A stretch of 64,000 nucleotides of DNA, taken from the NCBI GenBank assembly GCA_049287305.1, contig JBAQFO010000014.1, forward strand, positions 128,453 to 192,452. The letters are read 5' to 3'. The position numbers and the translations under genes were made by a program. Shown in pieces: positions 19,448-29,415 of this stretch. A model generated the notes under the pieces. The model was not told the origin of the DNA and did no database searches. It worked only from the letters and a program-made list of their open reading frames with translations. How positions within the stretch are numbered: position 1 is the first letter of the stretch; each line of letters starts with the position of its first letter. This DNA is from Minisyncoccia bacterium (lineage in GTDB: Bacteria > Patescibacteriota > Minisyncoccia > Phycocordibacterales > UBA9973).

Positions 19448-20495
19448 AACTAACTTTACCATCCTGCCCCAAAATCTTGACCAAAGCAAGCTCTAATGGC
19501 AATTCGGCGATAAAAGCGTTGTCCATTTGTTGATATGCTTCCAAAAACACAGCAAGGGCTGGAGAACGAAGCATTCCAGCTTTGTCTTCTTTTACCAGGT
19601 TTTTCAGAAATTCCATATCGGCTTCCGAAAGGTCCCCAACCATTTCTTCTTCAAGCTTTGGAGCATAACGCAAGATTATTGCCATTCGAAACTTTTGAAC
19701 AATAAGTTTGAAGAATAATTTAATATCCAGGTTGGCTTCTGACGCGGTCCGAATAGTAGTGATGCCTTTTTCCAAATCTTGGAGAGCTATGGCGGACAGC
19801 ACTTCATTTACCATGGTTGTTTTCGGTGCTCCTGTAATTTTCTCCACATCTTCCCTCTTTATTTTTTTACCTTTGGAAAAATTTACAACTTTTTGAAGTT
19901 CTCCGAGGGCGTCACGGAATGATCCGTCGGCGAGCACGGCCAGGAGCTCAGCGCTTCCCGCTTCCAAAGTAAAACCTTCTTTCTCCGCCACGTCTTCCAG
20001 GATATTCTTTAGTATTTTTTCTGTTGGTTTTTTGAAAGTGAAAACCTGACAACGGGAAATAATAGTTTCGGGAACTTTATGGAGCTCGGTCGTAGCCAAA
20101 ATAAATATCACGTGCTTTGGAGGTTCTTCCAATGTTTTCAAAAGCGCTCCCCAAGCATCCTTAGAAAGCATATGGACTTCATCTATTATGTAAACTTTAT
20201 ACTTGGAATCAAAAGGAAGAACTCGCACTCCATCACGAAGCTCTTTGATGTCTTCAATTCCCCTATTGGATGCGGCGTCTATTTCATAGAGGTCGTTCGC
20301 CGAGACGCCGATGTTTTCGGCAAAGATTCTTGCCACCGTGGTTTTACCCGTTCCCCGTGAGCCGACGAACAAATACGCGTGAGAAACTTTATTTGTTTTC
20401 ACTGAGCTTTCCAGCACATCCACTATGTGGTCTTGTCCCAGAACTTCCTTGAATTTTTGCGGTCGGTATTTCCTGTATAAAGCTAAATCGTGCAT
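19446..20495 (-). CDS. dnaX: DNA polymerase III subunit gamma/tau (short form)
   Basis: YRPQKFKEVLGQDHIV...HAYLFVGSRGTGKTT and downstream clamp-loader motifs (ISRCQ). Confidence 0.8.
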   Translation of the reverse strand: MHDLALYRKYRPQKFKEVLGQDHIVDVLESSVKTNKVSHAYLFVGSRGTGKTTVARIFAENIGVSANDLYEIDAASNRGIEDIKELRDGVRVLPFDSKYKVYIIDEVHMLSKDAWGALLKTLEEPPKHVIFILATTELHKVPETIISRCQVFTFKKPTEKILKNILEDVAEKEGFTLEAGSAELLAVLADGSFRDALGELQKVVNFSKGKKIKREDVEKITGAPKTTMVNEVLSAIALQDLEKGITTIRTASEANLDIKLFFKLIVQKFRMAIILRYAPKLEEEMVGDLSEADMEFLKNLVKEDKAGMLRSPALAVFLEAYQQMDNAFIAELPLELALVKILGQDGKVS

Positions 20496-20507
20496 AGCGT
20501 CAGTATA

Positions 20508-21461
20508 TCAAATATTTTTCAGAAAATCATTAGTTATAATCGCTACCTCCTCGGCGTTTTCAGCCTCCATAAGTTTCATCCGTAGCTCTTTTGCGCCGTC
20601 AAAACCGTTGACGTATGCCTTGTAGTGTTTTTTCATGATTGCGAAGTTTTTATGCTCTCTCAGTATTTCTTCGAAAAGCTTGGTGTGCTCTATCATTACT
20701 TTCAACTTCTCCTCTAAGGTTGGAGTAATTCCTTTAAACAGCCATGGATTACCGAAGATAGCTCGTCCCAACATGACCCCATCACACCCCGACTCTTTTA
20801 TTTTTTGTTCTCCGTCTTTTATATCCAAAACGTCCCCATTGCCAAAAATTAAAGTGTCTTTGTTCATCTCGTCGCGAATTTCAATGACACTCTTCATCAA
20901 ATCCCAGTGAGCCGGAACATCAGACATTTCTTTTCGAGTTCGTAAGTGCACAGTAAGCGCCGCCAAATCCTGCGACAAAAGTTCTCTAATCCAAGTGTTA
21001 ATTTCGTTTTTATTATATCCAATGCGTGTTTTCACCGATACGGGTAGCCCGCCTCCGCCCTCTTTCGCTGCTTGAATAATTTCCTTCGCGAGTTTCGGAT
21101 TTTTTATCATCGCCGCACCGGCGCATTGTTTTTCTATAGATTTATCCGGGCAGCCCATATTTATATCTATGCCGTCAAAGCCAAGTTCTTTGCATAGCTT
21201 GGAAGCTTCTCGGATATTCTCTACATTGGAACCAAATATTTGCGCCACAATGGGATGCTCATTCTTGGAAAATTTCAAATCTATCAGAAGTTTTTCCCGA
21301 GCTTTAGGGTGTGCCAGACCGTCCGCGGACACAAACTCGGTCCAAAAAACGTCTGGCTTGCCGTGTTTCGCTATTATCTGCCTAAAGGCGCAATCGGTTA
21401 CGTCTGCCATTGGCGCAAGGCAAAATATAGGTAGTTTTATTTGTTTCCAAAAATTATTCAT
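20508..21461 (-). CDS. dus: tRNA-dihydrouridine synthase
   Basis: CLAPMADVTDCAFRQI, FMN/TIM-barrel Dus motifs and catalytic Cys (NMGCP). The start is moved to MNNFWKQ at 21461, because the 57-aa tracked extension overlaps the upstream gene and is unlikely to be coding. Confidence 0.8.
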   Translation of the reverse strand: MNNFWKQIKLPIFCLAPMADVTDCAFRQIIAKHGKPDVFWTEFVSADGLAHPKAREKLLIDLKFSKNEHPIVAQIFGSNVENIREASKLCKELGFDGIDINMGCPDKSIEKQCAGAAMIKNPKLAKEIIQAAKEGGGGLPVSVKTRIGYNKNEINTWIRELLSQDLAALTVHLRTRKEMSDVPAHWDLMKSVIEIRDEMNKDTLIFGNGDVLDIKDGEQKIKESGCDGVMLGRAIFGNPWLFKGITPTLEEKLKVMIEHTKLFEEILREHKNFAIMKKHYKAYVNGFDGAKELRMKLMEAENAEEVAIITNDFLKNI

Positions 21462-21462
21462 A

Positions 21463-22359
21463 TCATTGCCCTCCAGAGGCGGGTAAAAACTTGAAATATA
21501 CCTTATTGCCGAAACGGAGGTCAATATACAAAAGCGATGAGTATTTATTCTTAAAGCCCGAAAGAAGAGGCTCGGTAGCCAGTGCGGCCTGTAAGTTCTC
21601 CGCCACTTTTTCCAAATCTGCCTCGGATTCAAAAATTATTTTAGGTCCTGCTGTGTTTGAATCGTTCCTTGCCAAGAACATTTCTATATCGCCGTCAGGT
21701 AGAACACTTATCATCACAGGGTCTGTTCCCATACCAGAGACAACATCTTTAAATAAAACCAATTGCTTGAAATTTTTCCCAGAAAAATACGAACCAATAG
21801 GGTTTTCTGCGGCGTTATTATCTAGTGCTCCGTAAAATTTAAAGTAAACTTCTCCGGAGAAGAACGGCGCTTCGTCAAAAATATATCCTTCGTTATCCAG
21901 GAAATAGCATTTATTTTCCTCCAGACGAAGAGTTTCTATCGGTGGGATTTCTCCACACCACATATATAAAGCTTCCCTTTCGGATACAGACACCACCAAG
22001 ATTTTTCTATCTCTGACGGATAGGTCAATTTTACCCAGACGAGAGAAGTTTTTCTGAAGTGTTGCCTTTATTGTCCCCTTTGGATAAAACAAAACATTTG
22101 TCTTCGGAAATAACCAAATATATTTTCCCGTAATCTGTTCTTCTACGGATGTTTTTATTAGATTGGTCTCAACAACTTTATTGCCTGAAATTTCAACCGA
22201 ACTTATATTCAGCCCTTCCACTTTGGACAGGTAGGTTCCCGTGGTAAATAGAACTGCGACCGCAAAAAGTAATATCAAAAATTTACGGACAACGGCATTC
22301 CGCCTTTGTTTTTTTAATTCCGCTAAGCGCGGAGAGCTGAGAACATTTCTCTTATGCAT
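21463..22359 (-). CDS. FtsQ/DivIB-like cell-division protein (POTRA)
   Basis: Basic cytoplasmic N-terminus, a single TM helix and a POTRA-like ectodomain. Weak. Confidence 0.4.
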   Translation of the reverse strand: MHKRNVLSSPRLAELKKQRRNAVVRKFLILLFAVAVLFTTGTYLSKVEGLNISSVEISGNKVVETNLIKTSVEEQITGKYIWLFPKTNVLFYPKGTIKATLQKNFSRLGKIDLSVRDRKILVVSVSEREALYMWCGEIPPIETLRLEENKCYFLDNEGYIFDEAPFFSGEVYFKFYGALDNNAAENPIGSYFSGKNFKQLVLFKDVVSGMGTDPVMISVLPDGDIEMFLARNDSNTAGPKIIFESEADLEKVAENLQAALATEPLLSGFKNKYSSLLYIDLRFGNKVYFKFLPASGGQ

Positions 22360-22360
22360 T

Positions 22361-23668
22361 TTATTTAATTACATCTTTCCCCATGAACTTTAGCAGGGCT
22401 TCGGGGACTTTTATGCTGCCATCCTCTTGCTGGTAGTTTTCTATTATTGCGATAAGAGTGCGGCCGATAGCCACCACGGTCGCGTCATTCATATGGACGG
22501 GTTCTATTTTCCCGTCGCTTCTCCTTACTCTGGTATTCAAACGACGAGACTGAAATCCTCCGGTGTAGTCAGAGCTATGCGTTTCTCTGTATTTATTCTG
22601 TCCGGGCATCCAGGTTTCTATATCAATCTGTCTAGTGTCAGGGAAACCCATGTCTCCGGTGCAGACTGACACCACTTGATAAGGTAGCTTTAAAGTTCTC
22701 AAAACATATTCCTGGATAGCGACCAAGAAATTTTGTTCCTGCATGGCGTTCTCAGGCAAAGAAAAAACTTCCATTTCCAGTTTATCAAACTGATGCTGGC
22801 GCAATATTCCGTTGGTATCTTTTCCCGCCGCTCCAGCCTCTCGGCGAAAGGCGGTAGAATATCCGGCATATCTTATGGGCAAATCTCTTTCTTCAAAAAT
22901 TTTATTCATGTGCATAGCGCCTAGGGTATGCTCGGCGCTTCCGATAAGCATCAAATCATCGTTCGGAAAGATATAATGCTCTTCGGGAGTCATATATCTC
23001 GCCATTTTTACCTGAACCACGGGCCTTATAAACACCGGCGGGATTACGGGCAGAAATTTGGAAGGGGTTATTGATACGTTGGCTTCTTCGGCGATTTTTT
23101 TCAGTGTTTCTTCGTTGGTTAAAAACTCCAAACACATTTGGATAAGCGCAAATTGCATCATAACCAAATCCCCCTTTAGGTAGGCGTACCTGGAACCCGA
23201 AACTTCCCCGGCAGTTTCAGTGTCAATTATCCCAAGCGCTTTTCCTATTTCGTAATGTTCTTTGGGGACAAAAGAAAACTGAGGTTTTTCTCCCCATGTT
23301 TTTACAACTTGGTTGCCGGTGTCGTCAGGGCCTTCGGGTGTATCTACGGAAGGAATGTTCGGTATCTTCAACATTATTTTTTGCCATTCCTCCATCGTAG
23401 CCTTTAGCTTTTCTTCTTTAGCTTTTATCTCATCTTTTACCACACGCATTTCCTCAATAAGCTGAATCTTGAGAGCTGAATCTTGGTTGCGTCCAATGTC
23501 ATTAGACACACGGTTTACTTCGCTGCGGAGTTCTTCAACTTCTTTTAGCTGGCTAAGGCGTTCGTCGTCCAGAGAAATTAGTTTTTCAATATCAACTTCA
23601 ACGCGCTTTTTATCCGCTCCGGCTTGCACGATATCTTTGTTTTCACGAATGAATTTTATATCCAACAT
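22361..23668 (-). CDS. serS: Seryl-tRNA synthetase
   Basis: Coiled-coil N-arm and class II motifs (FRREAGAAGKDTNGILRQHQFDKLE). Confidence 0.9.
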   Translation of the reverse strand: MLDIKFIRENKDIVQAGADKKRVEVDIEKLISLDDERLSQLKEVEELRSEVNRVSNDIGRNQDSALKIQLIEEMRVVKDEIKAKEEKLKATMEEWQKIMLKIPNIPSVDTPEGPDDTGNQVVKTWGEKPQFSFVPKEHYEIGKALGIIDTETAGEVSGSRYAYLKGDLVMMQFALIQMCLEFLTNEETLKKIAEEANVSITPSKFLPVIPPVFIRPVVQVKMARYMTPEEHYIFPNDDLMLIGSAEHTLGAMHMNKIFEERDLPIRYAGYSTAFRREAGAAGKDTNGILRQHQFDKLEMEVFSLPENAMQEQNFLVAIQEYVLRTLKLPYQVVSVCTGDMGFPDTRQIDIETWMPGQNKYRETHSSDYTGGFQSRRLNTRVRRSDGKIEPVHMNDATVVAIGRTLIAIIENYQQEDGSIKVPEALLKFMGKDVIK

Positions 23669-23716
23669 ATGTATATATTCTATATCAAAGCTGGTATAAT
23701 TACAAAGTTGATATTT

Positions 23717-24583
23717 ATGCAGATTAACAAACTGCCAAAAAATAAATTTCCAAAGGCTCTCTTAGAAATTCCCCAACCTCCGGAGAATCTTTGGGTTAAA
23801 GGCGAAATGCCTTCTGAAGACTTAATACATTTATGCGTTGTCGGCTCCCGTAAAAACACAAGTTACGGAAGAGATTGCTGTGAAAAAATAATCGCCGGAT
23901 TGAAAGGTTACCCCATAGTGATAGTATCAGGCTTGGCAATGGGGATAGATGCGATAGCCCACAAGAAAGCTTTATCGGTGGGGCTCAAAGCGCTAGTCTT
24001 TCCTGGTTCAGGATTATCACCTGAAGCAATGTATCCCAAAACAAACGTCCTGCTTGCGAATGAAATACTGGAAGCGGGCGGATGTTTAATATCGGAATTT
24101 GACCCCGACTTTAAAGCAACTCTTTGGAGTTTCGCTAAACGAAATAGATTAATGGCTGGAATTTCTAAAGCAGTTCTTATTATAGAAGCGGAAGAAAGGT
24201 CGGGCACGCTCATAACCGCGCGACTGACTACGGAATACAATAGAGATCTATTGGCTGTCCCAGGCTCAATTTTTTCTCCCAACTCTGTCGGTACAAACAA
24301 GCTTATCCGCCAAGGCGCTACCCCCGTCACCTGTGCCAACGACGTCCTGGAAGCCTTAGGATTTGAAATTCCCAAAAGCGAAGAAAAGCAAGCAAAGCTG
24401 TTTTTGGATTTGCTACCGGAAGAAAAAATGGTAGTAGACATTTTAAAAGAGCCTCTGCCTCGCGATGAGCTTATAAGGGCAATGAAAATGTCCGTGCCTA
24501 ACGCCAATGCCCTAATATCGGTGATGGAAATCAAGGGATTAATAAAAGAAGAAGTGGGTGAAATTAAAATTGATTTCAGGTAA
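23717..24583 (+). CDS. dprA: DNA-processing protein DprA (Smf)
   Basis: VVGSRKNTSYG...IVSGLAMGIDAIAHKKAL Rossmann motif. The start is moved to MQINKL, because the first 31 codons of the tracked ORF overlap the serS promoter region. Confidence 0.8.
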   Translation: MQINKLPKNKFPKALLEIPQPPENLWVKGEMPSEDLIHLCVVGSRKNTSYGRDCCEKIIAGLKGYPIVIVSGLAMGIDAIAHKKALSVGLKALVFPGSGLSPEAMYPKTNVLLANEILEAGGCLISEFDPDFKATLWSFAKRNRLMAGISKAVLIIEAEERSGTLITARLTTEYNRDLLAVPGSIFSPNSVGTNKLIRQGATPVTCANDVLEALGFEIPKSEEKQAKLFLDLLPEEKMVVDILKEPLPRDELIRAMKMSVPNANALISVMEIKGLIKEEVGEIKIDFR

Positions 24584-24639
24584 ATCATTCTATCTCCAAT
24601 TTGCGTTTAAAATATCTTTCGTGTAATACTTGGTAATCC

Positions 24640-26856
24640 ATGAAACTTTTAATTGTTGAGTCACCGTCGAAGGCCAAAACAATCGAGAAATATCTTGAGG
24701 GCGCTTTTACTGTGCGGGCGTCAGTAGGGCACATCCGTGACCTTCCGAAATCAAATAAGCAAGCAATAGATATTGAGGCGGGCTTTGTTCCACATTACGA
24801 AATTTCTAAAGGCAAGGAAAAAGTTGTTCATGAGTTACAAAGCTTAGCGAAAAAAGCGACTGAAATTCTACTGGCGACAGACCCCGACCGTGAAGGAGAA
24901 GCTATTGCTTGGCACATAGAAGAATTATTGAAAGCTGACAAGAAAGTAAAAGCTCCAATAGAAAGAGTTGCTTTCCACGAAATAACCAAAGAAGCCGTGG
25001 AAGAAGCGCTGCTTCATCCACGAAAAATAGACACCGCCCTCCGGAAAGCCCAAGAAGCCCGCAGGGTGCTGGACAGGCTTGTCGGCTACGATTTGTCAGG
25101 GTTAATTTGGAAAAAGGTTAGATACGGTCTTTCCGCGGGGCGCGTGCAGTCCCCTGCTCTTCGCATAATAATGGAGCGGGAACGGGAGATTCGAGCCTTT
25201 GTTCCTGAAAAATATTGGAAAATTTTAGGACTATTTGATACCGCCAAAAAAGACAAGCTCACCCTTGAATGCAGTGAAGAGCCGAGAGATGAGAAATTGG
25301 TTGAGAAAATATTAACAGAAGGTAAAAAGGGCGTTTGGGTGGTGAAAGACGTGAAAGAAAGCGAACAGAAACGCAGTCCCCGCGCGCCATTTACGACTTC
25401 CACTTTGCAGCAAACCGCAAGCTCCCGCTTAGGCTACTCGCCTTCCCGCACAATGCAGATTGCACAGAAACTTTACGAGGCAGGGCACATTACTTATATG
25501 CGAACAGACAGCACTAACTTATCCGCCACCGCTCAAGCTCAAATTGTTTCATTTGTGAAAAAAGAGTTTGGCACGGAATATGCCGAAGGAAGAATTTATA
25601 AAACAAAATCAAAAAATGCCCAGGAAGCTCACGAAGCTATCCGTCCTACACATATAGAAAATCTTCACTCAGGACACGACGACTACGACAAGCTTTATCG
25701 CCTGATATGGGAGCGAGCTGTCTCTTCTCAAATGACGGACGCGAAACTTTTGAAAACAAAAATAATCGCGACCATAGAGGGACACGAAAACCTGCCTCCG
25801 TTCGGCGCCGTAGGGTCTCGGCTTCTTTTCCCCGGCTGGCTAAAAGTAGACAGCGGAGCTCGCGGAGACGACGTGGAGCTACCACTATGCGCAAAGGGAG
25901 AAAAATTAAAATTACTGAATTTAATAAGTGAAGAGAAGTTTACCGAACCGCCAGGCAGATACAGCGAAGCCGGATTAGTGAAAGAGCTTGAGCAAAGAGG
26001 CATTGGCCGTCCTTCTACTTATGCGTCAATTATGCGAACCATAGAAGACCGTGGATACGTAAAAAAAGAAGGTAAAACATTGTTCCCAACGGATGTCGGT
26101 GAAGTCGTGTCGGATTTCCTGGAAGCGCATTTTGCGAATTACATTTCCGATACTTTTACCGCTGAGATGGAAGACCAGCTTGATGAAATTTCCAGAGGTG
26201 AACGCGAATACGAAAAAACCTTGAAAGATTTTTATGGTCCATTTCTAAAAGAAGTAAAGTTAAAAGAGAAACTTGAAAAAGCCACCAACTTAGGAGATGC
26301 TCCCGAAAATATTAAATGTCCCAAATGCGGAAGCCCGATGATAATCAAACTGTCGCGCGGAGGGAAATTTTATTCTTGTTCAAAATTCCCTGACTGCGAC
26401 GGAGCACTGATGCTGGACGGCACCGAATTAAAAGGCCCCGAAGAAACGGGCGAAATGTGTCCAAACTGTGGTGAAAAGAAAGGTAAGTCCGGCGGAGGCA
26501 AGCTCGTAATACGAACTAGGCGTGACGGCGGAGGAACATTTATTTCTTGTTCCCGATATCCTAAATGTAAATTTATTAAGCAAGACGAAGCGGAGCTGGC
26601 TAGAAAAAGAACCGGAGTGATGTGTCCAACGTGTAAAGTCGGAGATATTTCTGAACGACGTGGAAGATTTGGAATTTTTTATTCTTGTTCAAATTATCCT
26701 GATTGCAAATTTGCAATCAAAGCAAAACCAACCGGAAATATATGTAAAGAGTGCGGAAGCTTAATGATGGAAGGCACAAAAACGATACCGGAAAGATGTT
26801 CTAATAAAGCCTGCAAAATGCACAACCCACACAAAATTCCTAAAATTGAAGCATAA
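24640..26856 (+). CDS. topA: DNA topoisomerase I with C-terminal zinc ribbons
   Basis: Toprim MKLLIVESPSKAKTIEKYL, active-site region GHITYMRTDST, and three C4 ribbons (CPKCGS..., CPNCG..., CPTCK...). Confidence 0.9.
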   Translation: MKLLIVESPSKAKTIEKYLEGAFTVRASVGHIRDLPKSNKQAIDIEAGFVPHYEISKGKEKVVHELQSLAKKATEILLATDPDREGEAIAWHIEELLKADKKVKAPIERVAFHEITKEAVEEALLHPRKIDTALRKAQEARRVLDRLVGYDLSGLIWKKVRYGLSAGRVQSPALRIIMEREREIRAFVPEKYWKILGLFDTAKKDKLTLECSEEPRDEKLVEKILTEGKKGVWVVKDVKESEQKRSPRAPFTTSTLQQTASSRLGYSPSRTMQIAQKLYEAGHITYMRTDSTNLSATAQAQIVSFVKKEFGTEYAEGRIYKTKSKNAQEAHEAIRPTHIENLHSGHDDYDKLYRLIWERAVSSQMTDAKLLKTKIIATIEGHENLPPFGAVGSRLLFPGWLKVDSGARGDDVELPLCAKGEKLKLLNLISEEKFTEPPGRYSEAGLVKELEQRGIGRPSTYASIMRTIEDRGYVKKEGKTLFPTDVGEVVSDFLEAHFANYISDTFTAEMEDQLDEISRGEREYEKTLKDFYGPFLKEVKLKEKLEKATNLGDAPENIKCPKCGSPMIIKLSRGGKFYSCSKFPDCDGALMLDGTELKGPEETGEMCPNCGEKKGKSGGGKLVIRTRRDGGGTFISCSRYPKCKFIKQDEAELARKRTGVMCPTCKVGDISERRGRFGIFYSCSNYPDCKFAIKAKPTGNICKECGSLMMEGTKTIPERCSNKACKMHNPHKIPKIEA

Positions 26857-26861
26857 AAAAT

Positions 26862-26912
26862 AGCCGGCACTCACATTACTCCTTTCGGATGTGGCCGGCT
26901 ACTCGAGAGTTG
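26862..26912. terminator. Bidirectional terminator
   Basis: TAGCCGGC(AC)...GCCGGCTA 8-bp perfect stem with inner CACAT/ATGTG, followed by a T-run on the minus strand. Confidence 0.55.
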
Positions 26913-26991
26913 GAAGGTCTCTCACCTGATAGTGCTAGAAATGTCTAGCGGCATTGCCTGGTTTTAGTTCGCGCCAGGCTTGCGGGTGCGT

Positions 26992-27816
26992 TTATGGAAT
27001 CGGAGTAGTTGTCACACCCCGCGAAGGATTGTAGCGATACAGATACGTATCACATCTTCCTCCACCGTCCACGATGGTGACGAGGTTGTCTCCTTCGTAG
27101 ATGATGCCCTCCCCGTTATCAGGGTTGTAGAGCTCAACCTCCATTCCCTCAGGCGTTCGAGTGATGGATTCGTCCGAGAGGGCATAAAAGTTGACGAGAA
27201 CCCGAGCATCACCACTCTCTGTGATGACCTTCATGCGGTTGCTCACTTGCACTTCATTGATTCCGAAAGAAGGCGAGCCGTAGAAGTTCATGTCAGAGGA
27301 CAGGGTCACCATCTCCTCTCTCTCGGGGTCGAATACTCGAAGGAAAAGCGTCGGCGCTCCCTCCAGAGTCAGCATCGGTGGGATTTCGCCATACCAGAAC
27401 GAGATGAACCAGTCTCCCTCTTCTTCCACGGAGAAGGCGCCGGTATTGAAACGTTTCCCGGTCGGGTATTCAAGAATCGGGACTACCACCGAGAATCGGT
27501 GCAGGTGGCCTACGAAGGAAAGCACCTTGTAGGCGCTGTCCTTGACGATAGCGCCGTCGAACTCGGGGTCAGCTGAGGGATTGTGATTCGTCGACGCGAC
27601 GTTGCGTCGTGAACCTTCCTCACCCATGATGCGATTGATGAGCGCGTGGTCGTGAACGAGCCGGGTTCCGCTGCCGGGCTTGCCGATTTCGGACGTGGTG
27701 ACCTTTCTGACGCCGGTCGGGAGCTTGCGCTCCTGGCCCGACACGACGAAGGTCGCGAACGAGAAAACGACGGTCATGATGACGAGGAGCGCAGTGATGA
27801 GGTTACGGAGTTTCAT
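26992..27816 (-). CDS. Hypothetical secreted/membrane-anchored protein, GC-rich gene
   Basis: N-terminal hydrophobic anchor LITALLVIMTVVFSFATFVVS. 274 aa with no recognisable domain. 60-nt samples at 27001-27120 counted 50-57% GC. Confidence 0.5.
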   Translation of the reverse strand: MKLRNLITALLVIMTVVFSFATFVVSGQERKLPTGVRKVTTSEIGKPGSGTRLVHDHALINRIMGEEGSRRNVASTNHNPSADPEFDGAIVKDSAYKVLSFVGHLHRFSVVVPILEYPTGKRFNTGAFSVEEEGDWFISFWYGEIPPMLTLEGAPTLFLRVFDPEREEMVTLSSDMNFYGSPSFGINEVQVSNRMKVITESGDARVLVNFYALSDESITRTPEGMEVELYNPDNGEGIIYEGDNLVTIVDGGGRCDTYLYRYNPSRGVTTTPIP

Positions 27817-27935
27817 TGAATCCTCTTTCTTTCAGCCTGCCTTTCGGCCTCCGGCTGTCCTGTGATATAACAACACATTTTCACGGAAAAAGCAAGTTTT
27901 TCCGTACTGCGACAAAAAATGCTACAATCACATTT

Positions 27936-29408
27936 ATGGTAAGCCTTAAGGAAATTATTGAATTAATGGAGGGAGGCGTAACTAAGAAAGAGGAGGCTCT
28001 TCTAGCGAAAGCCTATACTTTCTCGGAAAAAGCCCATGAGGGGCAAAAAAGACTTTCCGGCGACCCATATTTTTTTCATGTTACCGAAACCGCAAAAATT
28101 CTTGCAAAGCTCGGGATGGACACTCAGACTATTCTGGCAGGTCTTTTGCACGACACTCTAGAAGATACGAAAACTACCGAAGAAGATATAAAGAGAGAAT
28201 TCGGGGATGATATTTTATTTTTAATAAAAGGCGTCACAAAGCTTGGAACCCTTAAATACCGCGGACATGAACGGCACGTTGAATCGCTCCGAAAATTCTT
28301 CGTAGCCATGGCGCAAGACTTGCGGGTGGTTATCATTAAATTTGCTGACCGGCTTCATAACTTGAGGACTTTGGAATTTATTCGGGAAGAAAAACGAAAA
28401 AGAATAGCAATAGAATCCATTGAAGTTTACGCTCCCCTTGCAAACCGCCTTGGTATGGGTAAATTAAAAGGAGACCTAGAAGACGCCGCCTTTCCTTACG
28501 CCTACCCTAAAGAATATAAAGAAATAGAAGAAATAATAAAAGAAAAGAAAGAACTATATGAAAAATATCTGGCGGAAGTCAGCGAAGAACTACAGAGAGA
28601 GTTGAAAAAAAATAAAATCAAGGTAGTAGAAGTAAACTACCGAATCAAGCACAAATATAGCCTGTATAAAAAGCTTTTAAAATACGACAAAGACATAGAC
28701 AAGATTTACGACATCGTGGCGCTACGGGTTGTGGTGGAAACAGTAGAAGAATGCTATAGAATTTTAGGAATTATCCATTCACTTTGGAATCCGCTACCTG
28801 GCAGAATTAAAGACTACATAGCTATTCCGAAACCCAACGGCTACCGCTCCATACATACTACAATTTTTACGGGCTTGGGCGGAATAGCAGAAATTCAAAT
28901 AAGAACCAAGGAAATGCACGCTGAGGCTGCTTATGGTATCGCGGCTCACTTTGCCTACAAGGAACGAAAAGGTAAAAGGATGGTAGAGGACAACAAGAGT
29001 AAATTTAAATGGGTGGAAGAATTAAAAGAACTGAACTATTACCCTAATGATCCTAGTAAATTCATTGACCACCTCAAGAAAGATTTCTTTAACGACCGAA
29101 TTTTTATTTTTACTCCCCAGGGAGACGTTATTGATATGCCCGAAGATTCTTGCCCATTGGACTTTGCCTATTCGGTTCATTCCGACATAGGCAACCATAC
29201 CTTTGGCGCGAAAGTTAACGGCAAAATGTCTCCTATTTTTTCAAAACTAAAAAACGGAGATATTGTAGAGATTGCCACCAAGAAAGACTCCCATCCTTCC
29301 AGTAAGTGGTTGGAATACGTGAAAACTACCGTGGCTAGAAAACATATTAAGTCATACTTGGAAAAAAATAGTCTATTGTCTAAACTAAAATCCTTCGGGA
29401 AAAGCTAG
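27936..29408 (+). CDS. rel: Bifunctional (p)ppGpp synthetase/hydrolase, short Rel (HD + synthetase + TGS, no ACT)
   Basis: HD motif HDTLEDT, synthetase YRSIHTT, TGS domain (NGKMSPIFSKLKNGDIVEI). Start at MVSLKEII, preceded by a TACAAT -10. Confidence 0.8.
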   Translation: MVSLKEIIELMEGGVTKKEEALLAKAYTFSEKAHEGQKRLSGDPYFFHVTETAKILAKLGMDTQTILAGLLHDTLEDTKTTEEDIKREFGDDILFLIKGVTKLGTLKYRGHERHVESLRKFFVAMAQDLRVVIIKFADRLHNLRTLEFIREEKRKRIAIESIEVYAPLANRLGMGKLKGDLEDAAFPYAYPKEYKEIEEIIKEKKELYEKYLAEVSEELQRELKKNKIKVVEVNYRIKHKYSLYKKLLKYDKDIDKIYDIVALRVVVETVEECYRILGIIHSLWNPLPGRIKDYIAIPKPNGYRSIHTTIFTGLGGIAEIQIRTKEMHAEAAYGIAAHFAYKERKGKRMVEDNKSKFKWVEELKELNYYPNDPSKFIDHLKKDFFNDRIFIFTPQGDVIDMPEDSCPLDFAYSVHSDIGNHTFGAKVNGKMSPIFSKLKNGDIVEIATKKDSHPSSKWLEYVKTTVARKHIKSYLEKNSLLSKLKSFGKS

Positions 29409-29415
29409 TTTGTTT

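Noticed and set aside
21462-21632. N-terminal extensions of tracked ORFs (dus 21462-21632, atpC, NUDIX, dprA, rel, atpE read-through)
   Set aside because: The extensions overlap upstream genes or promoters. Internal Met residues coincide with conserved family N-termini, so I used the shorter gene models.
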